A stretch of 64,000 bases of DNA from Azolla caroliniana (Eukaryota > Plantae > Polypodiophyta): contig JBHGNT010000007.1 in assembly GCA_043228905.1 (NCBI GenBank), positions 2,666,001 through 2,730,000 of the forward strand, in the 5' to 3' direction. Both the position numbers and the translations under genes were made by a program. Below the pieces are notes generated by a model. The model did no database searches. It saw nothing but the letters and a program-made list of their open reading frames with translations, and was not told the origin of the DNA. The first letter of the stretch is position 1. The number at the start of each line of letters is the position of its first letter. This document shows positions 1 to 13,665 of this stretch, in pieces.

Positions 1-952
1 TTGTAAATTATCAACAACAGAGCGTAACTATTCCACAACGGAGCAGGAGGCGCTAGGGATGATCTATAGCATCAATAAATTCCGGCATTATTTACTAGGG
101 AGGAAATTCACGTTCCACATGGATCATTCAGCGCTGCTATATTTGGTGGAGAAACAAGCCTTGACGGGGAAATTGGTGCAATGGATGCTGCTGCTCCAAG
201 AATTCGATTTCGTAATCCAGCACTGACCAGGGGCGCAACACGCAGTGGCGGATTTTTTGAGCAGACTCGAGAATGGAGAAACAGTACAGAAAGATGACGA
301 CGATTTTCCGGACGCCGACATCCTGCAGGTAGCAGCACTAGCAGAAAGAACGGAATCGACCTTTCCGGACCGGTGGCTTATGGAAATGACGTACTTTTTG
401 ACTACGGGACTGCCTCCACCACAATTACACACGAACGAGAAGAAACGACTAGCCGTCCGAAGCTGTCACTTCTGCCTCGTAGAAGGAGTTTTATATCACA
501 AAGGAAGTGACGACATTTGGCGACGTGGGGTATGTCAGGATGAGAAGGAAGCAATTTTACGGGAGGCGCACTGCGGCATGGCAGGTGGCCATTACACGGG
601 CGATGTTACAGCCTGGAAAGTATGGCAGGCGGGCTTATGGTGGCCAACAACGCAAAAGGACGCATCCGAGTATTGTAGAAAGTGTGATTTGTGTCAACGG
701 ATGCGCCAGCCCGCGGAGGGCGCAAGGATGCCACACCAGCTTGTATTACCGCTAGACCCCTTCCAAAAGTGGGGATTGGATTTTGTGGGCCCCTTCACAC
801 CGGCGGCAGCTCGTACGGGCAATAAATACATATTGGTAGCTATGGATTATTGCACCAAGTGGGTAGAAGCAAAGGCACTACGTGAAAATACGGCGGCCGT
901 TACAGCCAGATTCCTTTACGAGCATATCTGGTACCGGTTCGGCTGTCCGATT

Positions 953-1652
953 TGTTGGGAGACAGGTTCCTCCGGATGGGAAGGGAGAAGAACAGTGCCG
1001 ATGAACAATCTCGGCCGAGGCCGAAACCGGAAGAGAAGTACCCGGCTACGGAGAGCCGGATGGTGCAGACCCGGTGTGAACCGGATGAGGAGTACCCGGC
1101 TACGGAGAGCCGGATGGTGCAGACCCAGTGTGAACCGGATGAGGAGCACCCGGCTACGGAGAGCCAGATGACGCAGACCCGGTGAGAACCGGAGGAAGAG
1201 ACATATTCGTAAATATGTTTCTGAGAGCCCATCGTGGCTATATTTGTAAATAGTCGAAAAGTCATATTAGTATAAATATGACTTAGGGCAAATATGTGTT
1301 GTAGTGGTTGTCATTTTCTTGTTGGTGCAAGAAGAAGAGAGAGCACGTAGCAGTGTACAGAGAGAGAGAGAGAGAAAGAGGTCATTGCCTCTGTTGTAAC
1401 CGCCGCCTGTGGCGAAGATTGTGAGTACGAGGTCGTTGCCTCCGTGAACTCATTGTTTTGTACATTCCAACATAGTGATAGTTTGCAGCCTGTGGGCTGC
1501 CGTGGTTTTTCCCTCTTTGGGTTTTCCACGTAAACATTCTGTGTACCTTTTCTCTCCTTTGTGTCGCGTACATTTGTTTCCCGTTTTCTGTGTATGATCC
1601 TAAGCTCGGTTGTGGCCGAGTGTTGTGCATAAGGAGCCTTGAGTTCCCGTCA
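953..1652 (+). mobile_element. Solo LTR (copia family related to the 6283-11335 element)
   Basis: TGTTGGGA...CCCGTCA ends; perfect 5-bp TSD CGATT (948-952, 1653-1657); shares TATAAATATGACTTAGGGC and TTTTCCACGTAAACAT blocks with the LTRs of 6283-11335. Confidence 0.9.
1025..1197 (+). repeat. 54-bp tandem repeat, about 3 copies, inside the solo LTR
   Basis: CCCGGCTACGGAGAGCC recurs at 1041, 1095 and 1149. Confidence 0.9.
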
Positions 1653-2719
1653 CGATTGAGCTCATCAGTGACCAGGGGAGTCACTTTCTCAATAGAGTGG
1701 TTCGGGAACTAACACATCATTACGCCGTAGTCCATAAAAAGAGAACGCCATATTATCCACAGGCGAATGGGTTAGCGAAATCCACCAACAAGACGTTGCA
1801 GACCATCTTGAAGAAAATCGTCAATGAAAATAGAACGGACTGGGATACCAAATTACAGAGTGCGTTATGGGCGTACAGAACCAGCTACAAAACAAGCATA
1901 CAGTCAACACCGTTTCGACTAGCGTTTGGGCTGGAGGCTGTGATGCCGGTCGAATTTCAGGTGCCCAGTTTGCGAATTCAGGTACGAGACCGACTATCGG
2001 AAGCCAAGTCGGAGGAGGTACGGCTCCACCAGCTACTTGAACTCGGGGAAAAACGCGTACACAGCATGGCTGTGTTGGAGCAGGAACAACGACGACGTAA
2101 AGCGTTTGTGGATCAACAGCGGAACGCAGGAGAAAAGGAGTTCGCCATCGGTCGAGCGGTGCTGGTTTTCCAAACCCGCATGGGCCATATGCCAGGGAAG
2201 TTACGCTTCCGCTGGACCGGCCCATACTGGATAATTGGAGTGGAACAAGGCACATTCCAACTAGGTACGCTGGCCGGGGAAGTAGTACGGCAAAAGGTGA
2301 ATGGGTTTCACCTTAAACCTTACCTGGGCTCTACGCCACCTAACCCATTCACTGCCAAATAGGACAAAGCCGGAGAACCCGCAGCGTAAATGGGCGGCCC
2401 CAATTGTACCATAATGTAAAAATAGTCTATATATAACCGTTACGAAAAAAAAAACAAGAAGAGAAGATAGCGACTATTAAAAGGACTAAATGCATGCACA
2501 AACTCCTAGTTCAAGAACACGCAGCACCATGATGGCTCACCGCCCAATGAACCCTAAGCCACAAAAAGAAGGAAATAGAAGATCTTCTGCACAAAACAGA
2601 AACCCACCTTCTAACTATCAGCGCTCCCATCGCTCCTCCCCCTCACCTTCTCCTCCATCCTATCACAGAGTTCCAACCCACCGCAACCACTAGTCTCCTT
2701 CCCACGAACCTACTCTACG

Positions 2720-5011
2720 ATGCCAATCTTCATCTCTACTGCCTTACGCCGATGGCTCTTGGAGAAACGCCTAGATGGGTACATCCGGGTCGCAGAGGCA
2801 CCCCCACACCTGGATGCCATGGACATCACCAGGAAACTGAACATCGACACGGTCACCAACTCTTCCATCCGGAAAAATTTGGACCTGTCATCGCTAGGCG
2901 AAAGGCATTTCGAAATCCCTCCTGCAGAGGCACTGCAGCGATATTTCGGGCCATACTCCTCCTCCGCCAAGGCCTATAGAACGAAGCAGATCCCGGATCA
3001 CTTCTTCTGTGAAGTTGCCAAGTTCCTGTTAGAGGTCGGCTGCGTACATGTCAACGCATATGGGATGCCCAAGCAGAAGGCGGGCATCATTATCGATACC
3101 TTTGAAGGGCGTGCGGTCGACTGGGGGGTCATCACAGGGCCGGCATTACGGGAAGGCCTGCATGCGTATCAGGCAGGAAAAAAGCTTAGGCCGATCATAC
3201 AACAGCACCTTACAGTACTATTCCCACCCCGAGGCCTGCTGGCACCACAGCCCAGCCGACCCACGCCCCTGCCCCAATCCGCAAAACGCAGGTTAGCGGA
3301 GTTAGCGGCCCTAGAGTGGGAAGAGGAACGCCAACCCGCCCAGCCAGACACGCGGACAACACCTCCCGCCCAGCCAGACACACAGACAATGCAGGAGGGA
3401 CAGTCGACACGTTCCGTGGCAGCAGCCCCAGAGCCTGACACCGAAACACGGTAGGATAGCCCCATACCAAAACGACGTAGATTGGACAGGAAAGATGGGT
3501 GGGGATTGGTCAAAGACGTCCCCACGGCGGCAGAAACAACGATTGACGACGATGGCTCCGCAACTACAGAGCACAATACCACCTTCGAAATCATCCGGGA
3601 GCCACGACCGATCATTACAACCTAGTCCCAACGAGGGAAAGCCGTATTGACAGTGGAAAGCGAGGTGTTGGCATATCTAGATATCTCGGATACGGCCCAT
3701 GAGTTCAGCACCCTCTTACAATTCGGAACCTCTTTTGAGATCATGGAATTCCTGGCAACACAACAGATAAAAGTCTCCCAACGACTGGCCGAGGAGCACG
3801 CAGAGCACCAGATGATCGAGCGCGCCCTGACACAAACGGTGGAGAGCGACGATGAGGACCGGTTAGCTAGGGTCGGCAGACAGAGGAACGCCGGGGTACA
3901 CCGAGTAGGGATGGAGCCACCCCCATTAAACACGGCCCTAGTTGAAGTCCATAGGGAACTGGCAAAGGTTAGCACGGGCGCCAAGGAGATGGCCATTAAA
4001 AATATGAATGTCTGGAAGAAGGTGAAAATGACCCAAGCCGAGCTGCAAAAAGCCAACGAACGCATCGCAGAGTTGGAAGCTAACGTGACTACGGCGCAAC
4101 ACACAATTCCGCCACCAAACCACGCCATCGACTCTTTGAAGGAAGAAATTGAGGCTCAGACCGCCATCACCTCGAAAGCAAAAAGGGTCGTGCAACTTGC
4201 GGAATCAGAAATTGGCCGCCTTCGAGTTGAACTGCGCCAATCCTCAGACAGAGAAAAGGAGATCCAGGCTAACGGTTGGAAGGCAGTAAAAATCCTTGAA
4301 GAGAAACTCGCTACGGAGGTAGCTTAGCACATCCAGACAAAAGGCGAAAACGCCCAATTATAGGATGAAGTGAAGAAATCAAAGGCGGCAATCGCAGGAC
4401 TTCGGGCCTTATTAGAGAAAAAGAAGGTATGGTTCGACGAGCAGTTGGTGGTCGAACAGGGAAGAAGGCATTAGCTCGAAATCCGCCTAAAGAATGAAAT
4501 GGGGAAATTAGAAGAACAACATGCAAAGGAATCCTAGTTGTGGGCAGGCATGAAGGCCACGTACGAAGAAGCGGCGGCGGTTAAAGAACAAGAAATTGCA
4601 AACCTCCAGAAGTCAATGGAGGACGCACGCAACCGTTGTCAGGCCATCACAGACAACGTGCGTATCCTTCTCCAAACAAATCGGGAGAGGTTCACAACGC
4701 AATTGAAAACGGCGGTGGACAAAGGATGGATGGTGTGGGCAACCTAGGTAGCGGAATTGCACGCGTATCATGCGGATTGGGAGAACCGGCGAAAAGACGG
4801 CCAAGGTTTCTATAAACTAAATGAGGAGAGCATTGCAGCAGTACGAGAGGACCTAGCGCAAGACTATCGTGCGCTAGCAGACCAACACTCCGAAGAACTC
4901 GCGCAGCTCTTAGACGATTTTGGTGAAAGCCAAGAGGAGCTATTTCACCAGATCACACAAGCTGGCAACGCGCGAACAAATGAGGAATCCAGCACGACGG
5001 ATGCAGCTTGA
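2720..5011 (+). pseudogene. Extra (env-position) ORF of the gypsy element, about 763 codons, coiled-coil C-terminal half, disrupted by in-frame TAG stops
   Basis: ORFs 2720, 3647, 4538 and 4757 share one frame, with no frameshifts between them; located directly 3' of the integrase. Confidence 0.7.
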
Positions 5012-5690
5012 AATGAATGGCTAGCGGGTAGGTCGGATGCAGCTTGTCACGATGACGGATCCTAGAATGTACTTAGCTGCTTTCATACATCGTCACAAAG
5101 TGTTGCACATTGTTGTACATCCCCGGCCACGAGTACCTTCCCTTGAGCTTCTCGAATGTAGCCCATGTCCCCCAATGTCCAGACTAGGGACTCTCATGGA
5201 ATTCCGCCAATAGTTATGATTGGTCCTCCTTCCTCGTCACAATGTGGAGTGGTGTACCATTCCGCTTATACGGATGCTGCCAGATTAACCCATCCTTTAG
5301 GAAGAATTTGTACACCTTGTTCCGGATCCGACCCACCTCCTCCTTCATCCATGATGCATTTGTCACCATCGTGCTCAGGAACCTTCCGATCAGAAGCCAC
5401 TCCCTATCGTAGTCGCCTTCCCTGAACGCATGTAGGGTCGGAGTGCTCTGCCCATGTCTCATCAGTCGGGCCATTTTGAAGAAATCATCTCCGACTTCCT
5501 CATCCTCTTGTACCATGTCGTCTTCTACTTCGAACTGCGCTCTTGACAGCATATCGGCCATGACATTGTCCTTTCCGAAAATGTGTCGGATTTCCGGATT
5601 CAGGGACTTGATGTATGCGATCCATATGAGCATAGAAAGATCCGGAGTGGCACATCCGGATATCATCACGAGAATCGGGAGACAGTCCAT

Positions 5691-6562
5691 TGTCGTGGAG
5701 GATTCCGGCTACCATGAGAGGAGTTTGTTGAATGCGTGTGAAAACAGGTGTGCAAGCATGCACATGAACACAGTCTAATATACAAAGAATTAAAATATTG
5801 AAGTATAATAACTACTTTAATGGCTTGAATAGGTACTTTAATGTCCCATGAAAAGAGAGGGAATAAAGTGTGTGTTGGGAGGAAAACAAGGGGAGAATCG
5901 CTAACAGAATCGGTTGTCTTAAATAGCTGATATAAGATCGACCCTCATCCCGTTTTATCTATAAAAGAAGAGGGGAAGACCGTTGAAGGTATCCATCATT
6001 TTGGAAGGGAAGATGTCATCAGTTTGTGCTCAGATTTTTCCGCTTTTCTGTTATGTGCATTCAGTGAGGGAAGGTGAGGCTTCTGCTCGCATAGGAAGCC
6101 CGACCAGAGGTTCACCAGTCGGTGTGTTTGTTGAGCTCAAAGCTCTGTTCCCGGCCGGCAGACCATTTCTTGTATTCTTTCTATTAATTAACTATTGATT
6201 TGCTATATTCAGGGCTCTTGTGTTCGTTACTCCTGTTGTGTCCGGTTTTTTGCTTCTTGTTTGTTGTTTCCAGGGAGGCATTTGTAGAGAAACATGCGGA
6301 ATATCGCTCGGCCACAACTGAGTAGTAAATCACTTCTTCAGGAATCAAACACAGGAATGGGAAGTGGAGAGTACACAAGAAAAAATGATACAGGATGTTT
6401 ACGTGGAAAATACCCTAATAGGGAAAAAAACCACGGGAGCCCAAAGACTCTGAACTATCATCACTATGAAGAGAAAAAAGGGGTTACAATCAGAGACTTG
6501 GAAGCAACAACCTCGAGCTATGTTTCTTTGCACAATGGCGGTTACAATAGAGTATCGCTTTG

Positions 6563-6613
<51 letters not shown>

Positions 6614-9600
6614 GTACAACAGTTACAACAACATAATAACAACACACTCTTTATATGTATATATAAAGTGATTGCCCTAAGTCATATTTATAGTTATATG
6701 AACTTAGGGCTATTTACAAATCTGTCCTCTCTTCCAGTTCTCACCGGGTCCTCTTTATTCATCACCGGATCCCATCCGGAGGGACTGATTTCCCAACAAT
6801 CTCCCCCTTTACTCCGGCATGGGATGTCTTACCAGCCCGATCTGCTTTTGGCATGCGTCCAGCTTGTCAGTTGTCAGCACCTTGGTCAGCATGTCTGACC
6901 CGTTCTCCTCCATGTGGATCTTCGTCAGCACGAACTCTCGATCTTCAACTTGCTCCCGAATCCAGTGGTACCTACATTGGATGTGCTTCGTTCTGGAATG
7001 ATAACCCGCGTTCTTTGCAAGGTGGATGGCACTTTTACTGTCGTAGTAGAGCCGATATTCCTCTTGCCAGATCCCTAGCTCTCCGATGAAGTCCTTCATC
7101 CATAATATTTCCTTGCCGGCTTCCATGGCTGCCATGTACTCCGCCTCCGTGGTTGACAACGCAACCGTCTTCTGCAGCCTCGACTGCACGAAACGGCTCC
7201 CCCTGCATAAGTCATTACATATCTGGATGTAGACCAGTTGGTGTCCACACCAGTCGACATATCTGAAGCGGTAAATCCTTCCATGAGGGGTTTACTGGAG
7301 CCGAATCGGAGGCACATACTCGAAGTGCCCTTCAAGTACCGGAGTATCCATTTCATTGCATTCCAATGTTCTTTTTTGGGGTTCGTCATGAACCAACTCA
7401 CCAATCCGATTGTGTATCCAATATCCGGTCGAGTACACACCATTGCGTACATCAAGCTCCCGACCGCAGAGGCATATGGAATCTTCATCTTATCCGCCTT
7501 CTCTGCCTTTGTCTTCGGGCTTTGCTTACCTGATAATCTGCAGTTTGCCGGGAGTGTCAATCCAACTGGTTTTGTTTCTGACATGTTGAACCGCTGAAGC
7601 ACATTTGTCACGTACTTTTCCTGTGACAGCCACAATTGCTTCTTTAACCGGTCCCGGATGATGTGCATCCCCAGTATCTGTCTTGCTGGACCCAAGTCTT
7701 TCATTGAGAAGGTTTGGTTAAGGTCCTTCTTCAGCATCCGTATCTTGACTTGGTCTCGTTCGACGATCAACATGTCGTCCACTTACAGGAGCAATATCAG
7801 GAAATCTCCTCCATCAAATTTCTTCACAAACATGCATTGATCGGCCTGCATCTTGTGGTACCCTTGATCGGTCATGAACGAGTCAAACTTCCGGTACCAT
7901 TGCCGGGGAGCTTGCTTAAGTCCGTATAAGCTCTTCTTCAGCCGGCACACCAGGTGCTCCTTCCCTTTCTTCTCAAATCCTTCCGGTTGATGCATGTAGA
8001 TCTCTTCTTCAAGGTCTCCGTGTAGGAATGTTGTCTTGATGTCCAGTTGCTCTAACTCGAGGTCCATGCTTGCTGCTATGCCCAATACCGTCCGGATGGA
8101 TGCCATCTTTACTATCGGGGCAGAGATCTCATCGAAGTCCACTCCTTTCTTCTGCTGGAAGCCCTTCACCACGATTCGGGCCTTATACCTTGGTGGATTT
8201 CCGGCGTCTCCCGGTTTCAGCTTGTACACCCACTTGTTCCAGAGTGCCCTCTTTCCTTTCGGCAACTCCACCAACTCGTATGTGTGGTTCTCATGTAGGG
8301 AATCCATCTCGTCCTGCATGGCACTCAACCACTTGCGGTTGTGGGTGTCCCCCCTTGCTTCTTCAAAGCTTTCCGGCTCCCCCTCATCGGTTAGCAACAC
8401 ATGCTCTGCATCCGGAAATCTTCGGGGGGCTCTTCTCTCCCGGAGGGGATATCTCTGTCCTTGGTTTCTGACTGCCGGTTCCTCCGTCTATTCCTCATCC
8501 AAATCTAATTCGGGATCTTGTCTGGTTCCGATGTCTTCTTGTTCTTCTTCTTCGGTCGGTTCGGTTTCTTGTCCGAATCTGGTCGGTTCGTCAAGTGTCA
8601 TCCGGTTACCGGGTATATCCTTTTGTCCTCAAGCCGGTTTTCAATGGATGATCTGGAGTTCGTTGCCTTCTTCTTCGACTCCCAGTCGGCAATGGTCCTG
8701 TCTTCCATGAAGACTTTGTCCCGACTCCGGAACACCTTTCTATCAACCAAATCCCACATCAAGTAACCGAACTCATCATCTCCATATCCAAGGAATATGC
8801 ATGGCTGGGACTTCGGATCTAGCTTTGCTCTCTTGTTCTTCGCCACATGCACGTATGCGAGACACTCGAACACCTTCAGATGCCGGTAAGACACATCTTT
8901 ACCGGTCCATACTTTCTAAGATGAGTCTCCTCCCAAGGGTACTGAGGGTGATCTGTTTATCACATAGGTCGCCGTCGTCAGCGCCTCAGCCCAAAACATC
9001 TTGGGTAACTTGGCATGTGCGAGCATGCTCCAGACTCTCTCCATTATGGTCTGGTTCATCCTTTCAGCCAACCCGTTTAGTTCCAGCATCTTCGGCACGG
9101 TGAATTCGAGCCGGATTCCCTTCGATCGGTAGTACTCCTCGAATTGCCCTCGGTATTCTCCTCCGTTATCTGCTCGAACTGCCTTCCACTTCTGGCCAGT
9201 TTCTCTTTCCACTCTCGCGTGGAGCTCCTTGAAGATGGATAACACTTGATCCTTCGTCTTCAACGGTGAGACCCACAGCTTCCGGCTGTGGTCATCTATG
9301 AACGTCACGAAGTACTACGATCCAGCATGTGACTTCGTGTCTACTTGACACACATCGGTATGCACCAGCTCCAATGGTGCATTCCATCTCATCAGTGGTC
9401 TTGACCGGAAGGAGGTGCGGTTTTGCTTGCCGGTCAGGCAATCAGTGCACTTCTCAAGTTGCACGTCCTTCAGCGGAATGAGGTTGTCTTCGGCAAGCCT
9501 CTTCATCCCCTTCTCACTCATGTGACACGGTCTCTTGTGCCACATGTGACACAGTCTCTTCCCGGCATATCCGGGCATTCATCAAGTACAACGTGTTGAC

Positions 9601-11582
9601 CTTCTGGGCTCGAGCCACTATTAAGCTCCCTTTGCAGAACTTTATGACACCGTTCTGAATGCTACCTGTGTAGCCTTCATCATCTAGATGACCGGTTGAT
9701 ATCAGGTTTAGTCGAACCTCCGAAACGTGTCGGACATCCTTCAGCAGCAACTTGCATCTGGTTGATGTCGTCAACAGCACATCTCCTATGCCGATAATTC
9801 AACATGTCCCTTCATTCCCCATCCGGACACAGCCGTGCTCACCGGATGTGTAGGATGAGAAGCATTTTTGGTCCGGGGTAAGGTGGAATGACGCTCCGGA
9901 ATCGACAACCCATGTTGTCTTGTCGACGGCAAGGTTTAACTCACTCTCCTCGGTGATGAGCATTAGTTCTTCTTCACTTGCCACGATCGTCGTCGTTCCC
10001 TTCCGGTCCGGGCCTCACCGATCCAAACCGTTTCGGTCTGGTGACTTCTTCGAATCGATACTGTCGGTTCCCTTGTCTTTCCGGAAATGCCGACAGTTCT
10101 TCTGGAAGTACCCCGACTTGCCACAATAGAAGCAAGTGGGCCTCCCCCTTGACTTTGACCGTGTCCCCGACTTTTCCCGGTTCTAGGGACTTCGATTCCT
10201 TTGTCTTCCGCATTCCGATTCGGTAAGGGGGTCTTTGGCGTCAGAGATCACCTCCTTGTCTTTTCGACGCGCCTCCTCATCTAGCAAGCTCGACTTGACT
10301 CTTGCTAGGGATAGCTATTTTCCTTCCGGCCCGGTGTTGCCCAACGTGACAACTAACGTCTCCCAGCTATCCGGGAGGGAACAAAGCAGGAGTAGAGCAA
10401 GTACCTCATCGGCGAGAGGTACTTCCAACGAGGTTGCTTGGTGTATCAGCCCCTAGAAGGCATTCATGTGCTCCGCCATACTGGAGTCGTCTTAGTACCG
10501 GAGCCTCACTAGCTTCCGAAATAACGAAACCCAATTAACGATATTCTTGTTCTGAAACATGATGCCTATCTTCTCCCAGAGTTCATGAGCCTTGCTCTCT
10601 TCATTGAAGTTCTTGTACAGGCTCATGTCGATGAAGCACCGGATGTATGTCTTCTTCTTCATGTGCATCACCTCCCACACCGTGGCGTCGATCTTATCCG
10701 GTCTCTTGTCCCTGAACTGAACCGGCAACCAAAGATCTTTGACCACTAGCATTTCCCTCATCTTCGACTTCCACAGTGAGTAGTTGGAGCCGGTGAGCTT
10801 GAACATGCCGCCGAAAGATTATTCCATTTTCTGTGTTGTTTGCTCTGATACCAGTTTGTAGAGAAACGCGTGGAATATCGCTCGGCCACAACCGAGTAGT
10901 AAATCACTTCTTCAGGAATCAAACACAGGAATGGGAAGTGGAGAGTACACAAGAAAAAATGGCATAGGATGTTTGCGTGGAAAATACCCTAATAGGGAAA
11001 AAATACCACGAGAGCTCACAGACTCCGAACTATCACTATGAAGAGAAAAAAGGGGTTACAATCAGAGACTTGGAGGCAACGACCTCGAGCTTGTTTCTTC
11101 GCACAGTGGCGGTTACAACAGAGTATCGCTCTGTATCTCTCTCTCTCTCTGTACAGCAGTTACAACAACATAATGACAACACACTCTCTATATGTATATA
11201 TAAAGTGATTGCCCTAAGTCATATTTATAGTTATATGAATTTAGGGCTATTTACAAATTTGTCCTCTCTTTCGGTTCTCTCCGGGTCCTCTTTATTCATC
11301 ATCGGATCCCATCTAGAGGGACTGATTTCCCAATAGCATCAATTCCCTCCTCCTTCGTTCTGTGTTTACTCTTCGTGTTGAGAGCCCAAGTGTTGAGTTC
11401 CTGAAATCCAGTGACAAGGCCGGATGAGATACAAGTCCTACGAGCCTGTGTGTTGCGCAAAGGTCTCCGGCAACCGAATCGATTAGAACGCTACAGGTTT
11501 CGCAGCTGCTCATTACGACTCCCTAGTCCAAGACCTTTGTGGTCCCGCCTGATCTAACACATGCACAGAGATATCTATGACA
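5691..11582 (+). mobile_element. Gypsy solo LTR (about 835 bp: 5691-6282 plus 11341-11582), itself split by a copia element
   Basis: TGTCGTGGA...TCTATGACA ends; flanks CCAT/CTGT; similar in reverse complement to the LTR at 14202-14970. Confidence 0.8.
6283..11335 (-). mobile_element. Full-length but degenerate Ty1/copia retrotransposon; LTRs 6283-6798 and 10857-11335
   Basis: PBS TGGTATCAGAGC (tRNA-iMet, 10842-10853); PPT at 6799-6810; TSD GCATT/GCATC; gag, WVVDSGAS protease, integrase, RT and RNase H fragments with stops and frameshifts. Confidence 0.95.
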
Positions 11583-13665
11583 CTGTCTCAATAATCACCT
11601 ATGTCCCGATCAAATAATCTTTGTCAACCTTGATTGCCGAAACAATATCCCATTGTTCTCTTAACTTGGGTGTATCCTTGCTGACGCTCACTTAGTACCT
11701 CCGCTCCAAATCGGATGGCGAATCTCGTGCCGCCTTCTTCCTCCTAGCTGATCACCCACCCGATTCCAGTCAAACTCGTGTCGACCGTCACATAAATTGG
11801 AGATTCCTTCCCATAGACCACCTTCTAGAGAGTTGGTGCCGCCGTTAGCATATTGTTTAGTCTCCTCACATCCTCCATGTGCTCTTTTCCCCATTCAGAC
11901 CTCCGCCCCTTCTTCAATAAGCCATGGAGTGGTTCGACGATATGTGCATAATGGGGAATCCAAATGTGGTAGAAGGCACATGCCCCTAGGAACAATCGAA
12001 CCTCAGTGGTCGACCTACATTTCTCCTTCATCGCTGAGATGGCCTCGACCTTAGCTAGAGACGGTTTCCGTCCGAAGGGTCTGCATATGTAACCGACCAC
12101 CAAGATCTCTGATTGTCTGAACATCGACTTCTTCCCAAAGAAGGTAACTCATGCTCCCTCCAACCTTTGTAGTATCTTCTCACCGTCAGCAATGTGGTCA
12201 GCTATGAACTTCCGACATTCATCTTCTGCGAACGTCTCGTCCTTCTGGTCCTCTGGACACCCCTTTATTGGAATGTCATCCAAGACGTGCATGGTGATGT
12301 CGGGGATGCAATCCCCTAGTACCTTATTCATTACATTCACCATGTCCATCACTGAATTCATTCCTCCTTGCGGTAGGGTACACATCCAAACTCAGTTGAG
12401 TGGGGTCTCTCTACACGACATGCCTCTTCCTTCCTTACCTTCTTTCTGGAGCATCCCTCTAACACCACCGACCAGAATCCAATGTTGTTTCCTATCTCGA
12501 CACTCTTACGTCCTCCAACTTGGATACCGGCCGACGCTAAGTAATGGATGGCCTCTACATGTTGTGTCGCCTCCTCCTCCATTATCCTCTTCATTCCCCC
12601 CCGATCAATGTCTCGGCCATTCCAGAGATAGATGACATTATTCTTCAGTGCCACAACTTAGTCAGCGTAGTCCCTCCGAATATGGTCAACACTACCACAC
12701 CACATGCACCAAAGGGTATGAGGTGGCCACCGATCTTGAGAAGGGCCCCCACCATCTCTCTGAGCTTGAGCAATCTAGAGGTCATGCACCATATTTGTGA
12801 GCTCCTCAAATGCCGCCCCTCCAGACGGTCCATCGACCATGTTAGTCAATACCGGGCTCAAGTTGACCCGTCTTTTCGTCTCCTCTGATCGAGTCGGCAC
12901 GTTCGCTACTACTCCTCCCTTCGTGGTCGGGCCTATCAACGTTGACCCCTCGTCATTCCATTCCCACCATTTGTTGAAACGGCCGCATACTCCCTTTACC
13001 ACCACCCAGTCGGTCGTTGGGCCTTCGTTAATCTCCAAGAGGAGACCAACCTTCTCTCGGTCGTGCAAGAACAGTCTGGTCCAATGTTGATAGTCGCGCA
13101 AATTGCTTCTCGAACTCCCAGAGAAGCGTCGTCGTGTTCCTTCCTTTCCCCAGGAGCTCGAACCACTCCATGAGCTCCTTCTTCGACAACAGGAGTGAGT
13201 CATCAAAGTCATACATTTTGAGGAGTCGCTCCTCGAATTCTGACAAGTTATGGCAGTCGGTATGTATCTTGAGCACCTCGGCATGAATACTCGGCGTGAC
13301 AACCTAGGAAAACCCGGACAACTGTCTATCGTCTGGAATGTCTCTCATCAACATTTTGGCCTTATAGGATTGATTCCAAGTAGTTCGTAACGTCACTTCC
13401 ATGAGATCGTCCCTTATAGGAATGTCCGACTATTGCTTCGATGGCCCTATCGAGGTCCGTTGAGCTTTCTTGAGTGTTCACGAGGCGGTCTATGGTAACC
13501 GCCATGGCTATGCGAGCTTGACTCCCCTCATCATTAACTCCCCTACCTCCCTTTCATGTCAGGTTCACCAAATATGTCACAGATATCTGCGGCTTTTGGG
13601 TCGGCTTGGGCGGGACCACCAGTGTATCATACCAAGGAGCTTAAGAATGAGTGACAGTTGAGGTT

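Larger units (their letters stand above)
1..2362 (+). mobile_element. Ty3/gypsy (Athila-like non-chromovirus) pol 3' part: RNase H end and integrase, split by a solo LTR at 953-1652
   Basis: LLLQEFDF...[13 protein letters not shown] zinc finger (H..GGH..CDLC), [16 protein letters not shown] and GKLRFRWTGPY motifs. Removing the insertion restores FGCPI-ELISDQGSHF. Stop codon at 221-223, so degenerate. Confidence 0.9.

Noticed and set aside
952-1185. Arg-rich C-terminal extension of the integrase ORF 245-1171
   Set aside because: It is read-through into the inserted solo LTR and its 54-bp repeats.
6294-6898. Short ORFs with SLSLSL/RERERE tracts (also near 37190 and 50114)
   Set aside because: They are translations of (CT)n/(GA)n microsatellites inside LTRs.
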